This document shows, in pieces, positions 11,861-21,804 of a stretch of DNA of 64,000 nt. The notes below the pieces were generated by a model. That model was given only the letters and a program-made list of their open reading frames with translations, had not been told where the DNA came from and searched no databases. The position numbers were made by a program, and so were the translations under genes. Each line of letters begins with the position of its first letter. The first letter of the stretch is position 1. This DNA comes from Anaeramoeba ignava BMAN (taxonomy: Eukaryota; Protista; Anaeramoebae): contig JAPDFW010000081.1 in NCBI GenBank assembly GCA_028826165.1, positions 62,001-126,000 of the forward strand, in the 5' to 3' direction.

Positions 11861-13757
11861 TTAAAAAATTAAACATTTATCTTTTTTCTTTTGATTTTGA
11901 TTTTGAATTTGAATTTGAATTTGGTTTGTATTTTGTTTTGGATTTTGAATATTAAATTTGTTAATTAATAAATCAAGTAAATTTGGATTTGTTTGATTTA
12001 ATTGGAAATAATCAATTCCTATTTTAATTTCACCAATTATTTCTTGTGTAATTTTAATTTCATCTTTAATTTGATTTGAATAAATCCAATATTCAAATAT
12101 TTGAAATGATTTATTACTTAATTCACTATAATCTTTAACTTTATTTGATTTATCTTCAGTTACAGATAAAAACATTCCTCGATATAATTCACTTCTCATT
12201 ATTAATATTAATTTTGGAAATTTATATTGTTTTTCTTTTCTTTCAATTATAAAATCTTTTTCATTTTCATTTTCATTTTCATTTAAATAAATTCTTTTCA
12301 TTGTTTCTTCTATTTTTTCATTAGAATTTATAATTTCTTTAATTTCAGAATATAATTTTGGATTTATAATTTTATTTGAATAAATCATTTCAAATATTTG
12401 ATTGGATTCTTTAATTGATTTTTTTGAAATAATTTCTTGAAGTTTTTCAATTTGATTTTGATTTTTTTGATTTAATCTATATTTCAATATTAATTTATGA
12501 GCTGAGATTATTTCTCCATTTTCGGTTTTAAATGAAATATTACAAAATTCTTTTCTTTTAAATAGTTTTATCAAATCTTCTTCAAGATTGGAAAAAGAAG
12601 AAAGAAAAGGAGAGTAATAAAGAAATGATTTATTGTATCCACAAGAAATATGATAATTGGAAATTTCTTCATTAAATCTTAATTTAGGAAGTTCAATTTG
12701 AATTGGAATTCGGTGATCTTTTATATCTCCATTTCCTAATTCACCATAATAATTACGTCCAAATCCAATTAGTTTCCCTTTGGAAGTTAAAATCAAATTA
12801 TGAAAGCAACCAACAGAAAAATCAAGAATATTATCATCATTTTCAAATAAAGATGATTTGATTTCAGTAAATTCATAAGTATCTCCATTTTTTTCAAGAC
12901 CATTAAAAAAATATATTCCACATGAATAAAATTTTCTTTTTGGATTTTCTTTTTCATCATCTTCTTCAATCAACATTATTGAATGTTCACATCCACATTG
13001 AATATCAATTATTTTACCTTTTGGAATATTTTGGATTTGAGTTAATTTTGGGATTTTTTGTTCTCTTCTTGATTCTCCTAATCCAAGTTGACGTTGTTCA
13101 TTCCATCCGCATCCAAATAATTCTTGATTTGAATTTAAAAGAAAAACATGATAAGATGTATTTCCTGAAAATATTTTAGAAACATTTTTCATCATTAAAA
13201 TTGGTTTTTCTGCTTTTTTAAGTGTTTTAAAATCAAAACCAAGTTGACCATATTCATTTGAACCAATTCCATAAGCATTTTGATTTGAAGTTAATAAGTA
13301 AATTGAACTAACTCCAGAAACAATATCTTTAATTATTCTATCATTTTTATCTTCAATTAATGATGAAATATTGATAAATTCTTTTGGATTTTTTGGATTA
13401 ATATCTTTTCCTTTGGCAAATACATTTCCTTCTTTTGTTAAAATAGTTTCATTTCCCCAACCAACAGTTACTTTTTGAATATTTTCTTCAATTTGAATTT
13501 TTTCAGGATTTTGTTTTAAATAATTTTCATTTAAATATTCTATTGCTTTTCCATTTTCAAAAAGGAAAATTATTCCAAAATAACCTGTTGCAATTTGTTT
13601 AATTTGTTTTTCATTTTTTTTTATTTTCATTTTCATTTTCATTTTCATTTTCATTTTCATTTTCAAATTTAAATTGAATTGGTTTTATTATTTTATCTGG
13701 TTCATTTTTGAAAAGTTTTGGATATTCATTTTCACCAAAAAATAAAATTTCATTCAT
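11861..13757 (-). CDS. RCC1-BTB protein, copy 2, C-terminal polybasic + CaaX (KKKDKCLIF); frameshift in poly-T near 13615
   Basis: Paralogue of copy 1. The ATG at 13757 (MNEILFFGENEYPK) joins ORF 11861-13666 after a 1-nt correction. Confidence 0.85.
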
Positions 13758-14011
13758 TTTTAAAAAGAAAAAAATGAAAAATGTTTTTGGAATTTTAATT
13801 TTGATTTTAAATTTAAATTTAAATTTAATTTTAATTTTGATTGGAATTTTAATTTTATTAATAATTTCTTGTTTAAAAAATTAAACATTTATCTTTTTTC
13901 TTTTGATTTTGATTTTGATTTTGAATTTTAATTTTGATTTTAGTTTTGATTTTAATTTTTATTTTAATTTTAATTTTGATTTTAATATTAATTTTATTAA
14001 TAATTTCTTGT

Positions 14012-15937
14012 TTAAAAAATTAAACATTTATCTTTTTTCTTTTGATTTTGATTTTGAATTTGAATTTGAATTTGGTTTGTATTTTGTTTTGGATTTTGAA
14101 TATTAAATTTGTTAATTAATAAATCAAGTAAATTTGGATATGTTTGATTTAATTGAAAATAATCAATTCCTATTTTAATTTCATCAATTATTTCTTGTGT
14201 AATTTGAATTTCATCTTTAATTTGATTTGAATAAATCCAATATTCTAATATTTGAAATGAGTTATTACTTAATTCACTATAATCTTTAACTTTATTTGAT
14301 TTATCTTCAGTAACAGATAAAAACATTCCTCGATATAATTCACTTCTCATTATTAATATTAATTTAGGAAATTTATATTGTTTTTCTTTTCTTTCAATAA
14401 TAAAATCTTTTTCATTTTCATTTTCATTTTCATTTAAATAAATTCTTTTAATTGTTTCTTCAATTTTTTCATTAGAATTTATAATTTCTTTAATTTCAGA
14501 ATATAAATTTGGATTTATTTTAGAATTATTTGAATAAATCATTTCAAATATTTGATTTGATTCTTTAATTGATTTTTTTGAAATAATTTCTTGAAGTTTT
14601 TCAATTTGATTTTGATTTTGATTTAATCTATATTTCAATATTAATTTATGAGCTTTGATTATTTCTCCATTTTTGGTTTTAAATGAAATATCACAAAATT
14701 CTTTTCTTTCAAATAATTTTATCAAATCTTCTTCAAGATTGGAAAAAGAAGAAAGGAAAGGAGAATAATAAATAAACGATTTATGAAATCCACAAGAAAT
14801 ATGATAATTGGAAATTTCTTCATTAAATCTTAATTCAGGAAGTTCAATTTGAATTGGAACTGGTCGATTTTCTGTATCTCCAGTTCCTAATTGACCATAT
14901 TCATTATATCCAAATCTCAGCAATTTCCCTTTGGAAGTTAAAATAAAATTATGAAAACAACCAACAGAAAAATCAAGAATATTATCATCATTTTCAAATA
15001 AAGATGATTTGATTTCAGTAAATTCATAAGTATCTCCATTTTTTTCAAGACCATTAAAAAAATATCTTCCACATGAATAAAATTTTCTTTTTGGATTTTC
15101 TTTTTCATCATCTTCTTCAATCAACATTATTGAATGAGCATATCCACATTGAATATCAATTATTTTGCCTTTTGGAATATTTTGGATTTGAGTTAATTTT
15201 TTGATTTTTATTTCTTTTCTTCTTGATTCTCCTAATCCAAGTTGACGTTGTTCATTATTACCGCATCCAAATAATTCTTGATTTGAATTTAAAAGAAAAA
15301 CATGATTTGAAGAATTTCCTGAAAATATTTTAGAAACATTTTTCATCATTAAAATTGGTTTTTCTGTTTTTTTAAGTTTTTTAAAATCAAAACCAAGTTG
15401 ACAATTTTCATTTAAACCAATTCCATAAGCATTTTGATTTGAAGTTAATAAGTAAATTGAACTCCAAGCAGAAGCAATATCTTTAATTATTCTATCATTT
15501 GGATCTTCAATTAATGATGAAATATTGGTAAATTGATTTGGATTTTTTGAATTAATACCTTTTCCTTTGGCAAATGCATTTCCTTCTTTTGTTAAAATAG
15601 CTTTGTTTTGAAAACCAACAGTTGCTTTTTGAATATTTTCTTCAATTTGTATTTTTTCAGGATTTTGTTTTGAATCTCTTAAGTATTCTATTGCTTTTCC
15701 ATTGTTAAAAAGGAAAATTGTTCCAAAATAACCTGTTGCAATTTGTTTAATTTGTTTTTCATTTTTATTTTCATTTTCATTTTCATTTTCATTTTCATTT
15801 TCATTTTCATTTTCATTTTCATTTTCATTTTTATTTTTATTTTCAAATTTAAATTGAATTGGTTTTGTTATTTTATCTGGTTCATTTTTGAAAAGTTTTG
15901 GATATTCATTTTGACCAAAAAATATAATTTCATTCAT
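14012..15937 (-). CDS. RCC1-BTB protein, copy 3, C-terminal KKKDKCLIF
   Basis: Intact 641-aa ORF, paralogous to the other copies. Confidence 0.9.
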   Translation of the reverse strand: MNEIIFFGQNEYPKLFKNEPDKITKPIQFKFENKNKNENENENENENENENENENENKNEKQIKQIATGYFGTIFLFNNGKAIEYLRDSKQNPEKIQIEENIQKATVGFQNKAILTKEGNAFAKGKGINSKNPNQFTNISSLIEDPNDRIIKDIASAWSSIYLLTSNQNAYGIGLNENCQLGFDFKKLKKTEKPILMMKNVSKIFSGNSSNHVFLLNSNQELFGCGNNEQRQLGLGESRRKEIKIKKLTQIQNIPKGKIIDIQCGYAHSIMLIEEDDEKENPKRKFYSCGRYFFNGLEKNGDTYEFTEIKSSLFENDDNILDFSVGCFHNFILTSKGKLLRFGYNEYGQLGTGDTENRPVPIQIELPELRFNEEISNYHISCGFHKSFIYYSPFLSSFSNLEEDLIKLFERKEFCDISFKTKNGEIIKAHKLILKYRLNQNQNQIEKLQEIISKKSIKESNQIFEMIYSNNSKINPNLYSEIKEIINSNEKIEETIKRIYLNENENENEKDFIIERKEKQYKFPKLILIMRSELYRGMFLSVTEDKSNKVKDYSELSNNSFQILEYWIYSNQIKDEIQITQEIIDEIKIGIDYFQLNQTYPNLLDLLINKFNIQNPKQNTNQIQIQIQNQNQKKKDKCLIF

Positions 15938-15969
15938 TTTTGAAAAGTAAAAAATGAAAAAAAATTTTT

Positions 15970-16685
15970 GGAATTTTTATTTTAATTTTAATTTTAATTT
16001 TAATTTTAATTTTAATTTTAATTTTAATTTTAAATTTAATTTTAATTTTAATTTTGATTTTAATTTTGATTTTAATTTTAATTTTAATTTTGATTTTGAT
16101 TTTAATTTTGATTTTAATTTTAATTTTAATTTTAATTTTAATTTTAATTTTGATTTTAATTTTGATTTTAATTTTAATTTTAATTTTGATTTTAATTTTA
16201 ATTTTAATTTTGATTTTAATTTTAATTTTGATTTTGATTTTAATTTTGATTTTAATTTTAATTTTAATTTTGATTTTTATTTTAATTTTAATTTTAATTT
16301 TAATTTTAATTTTTAATTTTTAATTTTAATTTTAATTTTAATTTTAATTTTAATTTTAATTTTAATTTTGATTTTAATTTTAATTTTAATTTTAATTTTA
16401 ATTTTAATTTTAATTTTAATTTTAATTTTAATTTTAATTTTAATTTTAATTTTAATTTTAATTTTAATTTTGATTTTAATTTTAATTTTAATTTTAATTT
16501 TAATTTTAATTTTGATTTTGATTTTAATTTTGATTTTAATTTTAATTTTGATTTTGATTTTGATTTTAATTTGATTTTGAATTTGATTTTATTTTAATTT
16601 TAATTTTAAATTTTGATTTTGATTTTTAATTTTAATTTTAATTTTGATTTTAATTTTAATTTTAATTTTAATTTTAATTTTAATT
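15970..16685. repeat. (TTTTAA/TTTTGA)n hexamer microsatellite spacer
   Basis: Visible tandem hexamers between RCC1-BTB copies 3 and 4. Confidence 0.9.
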
Positions 16686-18507
16686 TTAATTTTGATTATT
16701 AAATTTCTTAATTAATAAATCAAGTAAATTTGGATATGTTTGATTTAATTGAAAATAATCAATTCCTGTTTCTAATTCTTCAATGATTTCTTGTGTAATT
16801 TCAATTTCATCTTTAATTTGATTTGAATAAATCCAATATTCAAATATTTGAAATGATTTATTACTTAATTCACTATAATCTGTAACTTTATTAGATTTAT
16901 CTTCAGTAACAGATAAAAACATTCCTCGATATAATTCACTTCTCATTATTAATATTAATTTGGGAAATTTATATTGTTTTTCTTTTCTTTCAATTATAAA
17001 ATCTTTTTCATTTTCATTTTCATTTAAATAAATTCTTTTCATTGTTTCTTCAATTTTTTCATTTGAATTTATAATTTCTTTAATTTCAGAATATAATTTT
17101 GGATTTATTTTGGAATTATTTGAATAAATCATTTCAAATATTTGATTTGATTCTTTAATTGATTTTTTTGAAATAATTTCTTGAAGTTTTTCAATTTGAT
17201 TTTCATTTTGATTTAATCTATATTTCAATATTAATTTATGAGCTTTGATTATTTCTCCATTTTCTGTTTTAAATGAAATATCACAAAATTCTTTTCTTTC
17301 AAATAATTTTATCAAATCTTCTTCAAGATTGGAAAAAGAAGAAGGAGAATAATAAATAAACGATTTATGAAATCCACAAGAAATATGATAATTGGAAATT
17401 TCTTCATTAAATCTTAATTTAGGAACTTCAATTTGAATTGGAATTGGTCGATCATTTGTATTTCCAGTTCCTAATTGACCAGAATCATTATGACCAAATT
17501 CAATTAGTTTCCCTTTGGAAGTTAAAATCAAATTATGAAAACATCCAACAGAAAAATCAAGAATATTATCATCATTTTCAAATAAAGATGATTTGATTTC
17601 AGTAAATTCATGAGTATCTTCATTTTTGCCAAGTCCATTAAAGTAATATCTTCCACATGAATAAAATTTTCTTTTTGGATTTTGATTTTGATTTTGATTT
17701 TCATTTTCAATCAACATTATTGAATGAGCATATCCACATTGAATATCAATTATTTTACCTTTTGGAATATTTTGGATTTGAGTTAATTTTGGGATTTTTC
17801 TTTCTTTTTTTCTTGATTCTCCTAATCCAAGTTGACCATATTCATTCAAACCACATCCAAATAATTCTTGATTTGAATTTAAAAGAAAAACATGATTTGA
17901 AGAATTTCCTGAAAATATTTTAGAAACATTTTTCATCATTAAAATTGGTTTTTCTGTTTTTTGAAGTGTTTCAGAATCAAAACCAAGTCTACCTTCATAA
18001 TTTGAACCAATTCCATAAGCATTTTGATTTGAAGTTAATAAATAAATTGAACTCCAAGCAGAAACAATATCTTCAACTACTCTATCGTTTGTATCTTCAA
18101 TTAATGATGAAATATTGATAAATTGTTTTGAATTAATATCATTTCCTTTGGCAAATACATTTCCTTCTTTTGTTAAAATAGCTTTGTTTTGAAAACCAAC
18201 AGTTGCTTTTTGAATATTTTCTTCAATTTGAATTTTTTTCAGGATTTTGATTTGAATCATTTTCATTTAAGTATTCTATTGCTTTTCCATTTTCAAAAAT
18301 GAAAATTGTTGCGAAATAACCTGTTGCAATTTGTTTAATTTGTTTTTTATTTTCATTTTCATTTTCATTTTCATTTTTATTTTCATTTTTATTTTCATTT
18401 TTATTTTTATTTTCAAATTTAAATTGAATTGGTTTTATTATTGCACTTGGTTCATTTCTGATAAGTTTTGGATATTCATTTTGACCAAAAAATATAATTT
18501 CATTCAT
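16686..18507 (-). CDS. RCC1-BTB protein, copy 4; frameshift in poly-T near 18235
   Basis: ORF 18223-18507 (N-terminus) plus ORF 16686-18266. The T-run has one extra T compared with paralogues (PEKIQ). Confidence 0.85.
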
Positions 18508-18635
18508 TTTTGAAAAGAAAAAAATGAAAAAATGTTTTTGGAATTTTTATTTTAATTTTAATTTTAATTTTAATTTTAATTTTAATTTTAATTTTAATTT
18601 TAATTTTTATTTTAATTTTAATTTTAATTTTAATT

Positions 18636-20417
18636 TTAATTTTGATTATTAAATTTGTTAATTAGTAAATCAAATAAATTTGGATTTGCTTGATTTAATT
18701 GGAAATAATCAATTCCTGTTTCTAATTCTTCAATGATTTCTTGTGTAATTTCAATTTCATCTTTAATTTGATTTGAATAAATCCAATATTCAAATATTTG
18801 AAATGATTTATCACTTAATTCACTATAATCTGTAACTTTATTAGATTTATCTTCTGTAACAGATAAAAACATTCCTCGATATAATTCACTTCTCATTATT
18901 AATATTAATTTAGGAAATTTATATTGTTTTTCTTTTCTTTCAATTATAAAATCTTTTTCATTTTCATTTTCATTTTCATTTAAATAAATTCTTTTCATTG
19001 TTTCTTCAATTTTTTCATTGAAATTTATAATTTCTTTAATTTCAGAATATAATTTTGGATTTATAATTTTATTTGAATAAATCATTTCAAATATTTGATT
19101 TGATTCTTTAATTGATTTTTTTGAAATAATTTCTTGAAGTTTTTCAATTTGATTTTGATTTTTTTGATTTAATCTATATTTCAATATTAATTTATGAGCT
19201 TCAATTATTTCTCCATTTTCGGTTTTAAATGAAATATTGCAAAATTCTTTTCTTCTAAATAGTTTTATCAAATCTTCTTCAAGATTGGAAAAGGAAGAAG
19301 GAGAATAATAAAGAAATGATTTATGAAATCCACAAGAAATATGATAATTAGAAATATTTTCATTAAATCTTAATTTAGGAAGTTCAATTTGAATTGGAAC
19401 TGATTGATTTTCTGTATCTTCAGTTCCTAATTGGCCATAATCATTATGACCAAATTCAATTAGTTTCCCTTTGGAAGTTAAAATCAAATTATGAAAGCAT
19501 CCAACAGAAAAATCAAGAATATTATCATCATTTTCAAATAAAGATGATTTGATTTCAGTAAATTCATGAGTATCTTCATTTTGGCCAAGTCCATTAAAGT
19601 AATATCTTCCACATGAATAAAATTTTCTTTTTGGATTTTGATTTTGATTTTCATTTTCAATCAACATTACTGAATGAGCATATCCACATTGAATATCAAT
19701 TATTTTACCTTTTGGAATATTTTGGATTTGAGTTAATTTATTAATATTTGTTTCTTTTCTTGCTTCTCCTAATCCAAGTTGAACATATTGGTTATTACCG
19801 CATCCAAATAATTCTTGATTTGAATTTAAAAGAAAAACATGATTTGAAGAATTTCCTGAAAATATTTTAGAAACATTTTTCATCATTAAAATTGGTTTTT
19901 CTGTTTTTTGAAGTGTTTTAGAATCTAAACCAAGTTGACCAAAATAATTTGAACCAATTCCATAAGCATTTTGATTTGAAGTTAATAAGTAAATTGAACT
20001 CCAAGCAGAAACAATATCTTCAATTACTCTATCATTTGTATCTTCAATTAATGATGAAATATTGATAAATTGTTTTGAATTAATATCATTTCCTTTGGCA
20101 AATACATTTCCTTCTATTGTTAAAATAGCTTTGTTTTGAAAACCAACAGTTGCTTTTTGAATATTTTCTTCAATTTGGATTTTTTCAGGATTTTGATTTG
20201 AATCATTTAAGTATTCTATTGCTTTTCCATTTTCAAAAATGAAAAATATTCCAAAATAACCTGATGAAATTTGTTTAATTTGTTTTTCATTTTGTTTTTC
20301 ATTTTCATTTTCATTTTCATTTTCATTTTCAAATTGAATTGGTTTTATTATTGCATTTGATTCATTTCTGATAAGTTTTGGATATTCATTTTGACCAAAA
20401 AATATAATTTCATTCAT
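18636..20417 (-). CDS. RCC1-BTB protein, copy 5
   Basis: Intact paralogue, start MNEIIFFG at 20417. Confidence 0.88.
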   Translation of the reverse strand: MNEIIFFGQNEYPKLIRNESNAIIKPIQFENENENENENEKQNEKQIKQISSGYFGIFFIFENGKAIEYLNDSNQNPEKIQIEENIQKATVGFQNKAILTIEGNVFAKGNDINSKQFINISSLIEDTNDRVIEDIVSAWSSIYLLTSNQNAYGIGSNYFGQLGLDSKTLQKTEKPILMMKNVSKIFSGNSSNHVFLLNSNQELFGCGNNQYVQLGLGEARKETNINKLTQIQNIPKGKIIDIQCGYAHSVMLIENENQNQNPKRKFYSCGRYYFNGLGQNEDTHEFTEIKSSLFENDDNILDFSVGCFHNLILTSKGKLIEFGHNDYGQLGTEDTENQSVPIQIELPKLRFNENISNYHISCGFHKSFLYYSPSSFSNLEEDLIKLFRRKEFCNISFKTENGEIIEAHKLILKYRLNQKNQNQIEKLQEIISKKSIKESNQIFEMIYSNKIINPKLYSEIKEIINFNEKIEETMKRIYLNENENENEKDFIIERKEKQYKFPKLILIMRSELYRGMFLSVTEDKSNKVTDYSELSDKSFQIFEYWIYSNQIKDEIEITQEIIEELETGIDYFQLNQANPNLFDLLINKFNNQN

Positions 20418-20520
20418 TTTTAAAAAGTAAAAAAAATGAAAAAATGAAAAATAAAAGAAAAAAAATTTTTTTTTCATTTTTTTCATTTTTCTCTTTTTCA
20501 TAAATCAACACACAAAAAAA

Positions 20521-21615
20521 ATGTTATGGTTTTTAACACTAACTCAGTCATGCAATTTAGCATGTAAATATTGTGGGAGTTCAGAAAACTTTGATATTGA
20601 GGATCTAAGTCCACATCCACGAGAAATAAGCTTTGATCTTAACCTATTGAAACGTATACAAAAAGATCCTGATCCAGTTATTGCATTTTACGGAGGCGAA
20701 CCGTTATTGAAAATGCGACTCTTCAAGCAGATAATGGAGCTTATTCCGAACGCAAAATACGTTTTACAAACAAACGCGATTTTGCTGTCAAAATTAAAAA
20801 CGGAAATTCTTCACAAATTCGACTGCATTTTAATTTCCGTTGACGGAGATGAAAAAGTAACGGACTATAATCGCGGCGAGGGGACGTATCAAAAAGTGCT
20901 TGAGAACATTCGGAACATCCGCGAAAGAGGGTTTAAGGGGGATTTAATTGCGCGGATGACGATATCCGAAGTTAGTGATATTTACACTGACGTTCTCCAT
21001 TTAATTTCACTTGGGTTATTTGACCATATCCATTGGCAAATTGACTGTTTGTGGGACAGTGAGATGACCGCGCGCTGGAAGGACTTCTACAAGTGGCGCG
21101 ATGAGATCTACAATCCAGGAATCACCAAGCTCGCCGCGCTTTTTATTGAGGAACTGCGAAAGGGGAACGTTCTTCCAATCGTTCCTTTTTTGGGTTTGCT
21201 GTCAAGTTTTATTGAGGGTAAAAAAGCAACTCTTCGTTGCGGTGCTGGTAGAACTTCATTCAATATCACGACTGGCGGCTATGTCAATGCTTGTCCTGTT
21301 GCTCCTGAGTTCGATCCTATTTCTAAACTTGATGATGATTTTGACCCTAATTCCGTTAGAGATTCGGTTTTTATTGGCGGTCTTTGTAATGATTGTGAAA
21401 TCCTTGATAAATGTGGTGGAAGATGCTTATATACTAATAAAAATATGTGGTGGGGTAAAAAAGGTTTTCGTGCTGTTTGTAATACTGTTAAACACTTGGT
21501 TGCTCAGATGGATGAGATTTTGCCTGAAGTTAAGGATCTTGCTCAAAAAAAAGTTTTTGATATGGACTTGATGAATTATCCAAAATATAATAATACTTGC
21601 GAGATTATTCCCTAA
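20521..21615 (+). CDS. Radical SAM/SPASM-domain enzyme, TIGR04084 (AF0577)-like
   Basis: CNLACKYC (CxxxCxxC), FYGGEPLL, QTN, SVDG; SPASM-type cysteines CGAG..ACP..CNDC.....CGGRC...C; C-terminal CEIIP recalled from archaeal family members. Intronless. Confidence 0.88.
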   Translation: MLWFLTLTQSCNLACKYCGSSENFDIEDLSPHPREISFDLNLLKRIQKDPDPVIAFYGGEPLLKMRLFKQIMELIPNAKYVLQTNAILLSKLKTEILHKFDCILISVDGDEKVTDYNRGEGTYQKVLENIRNIRERGFKGDLIARMTISEVSDIYTDVLHLISLGLFDHIHWQIDCLWDSEMTARWKDFYKWRDEIYNPGITKLAALFIEELRKGNVLPIVPFLGLLSSFIEGKKATLRCGAGRTSFNITTGGYVNACPVAPEFDPISKLDDDFDPNSVRDSVFIGGLCNDCEILDKCGGRCLYTNKNMWWGKKGFRAVCNTVKHLVAQMDEILPEVKDLAQKKVFDMDLMNYPKYNNTCEIIP

Positions 21616-21804
21616 AAAATTTAAAACAAAAAAGAAAACAAACAAAAAAGAAAACAAACAAAAAAGAAAACAAATTAAATTAGATTAAATTAGAATAGAA
21701 AAGTGGAACAAAAAATAATTGGAAAAATTTATTTCAAAAATCAAAAAAATAAAAATAAAAAATAAAAATAAAAAATCTTTTCTCTTTCTTATTTATTAAT
21801 ATTA

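Noticed and set aside
20700-21300. Raised GC in the radical SAM gene as evidence of recent transfer or contamination
   Set aside because: Native genes (cyclin, exportin-T, MVP) show the same mid-gene GC rise.
21101-21571. 156-aa alternate-frame ORF inside the radical SAM gene, and similar ORFs such as 41538-41954
   Set aside because: Shadow ORFs in GC-richer coding DNA with no motif support. No convincing precursor peptide was found near the radical SAM gene.
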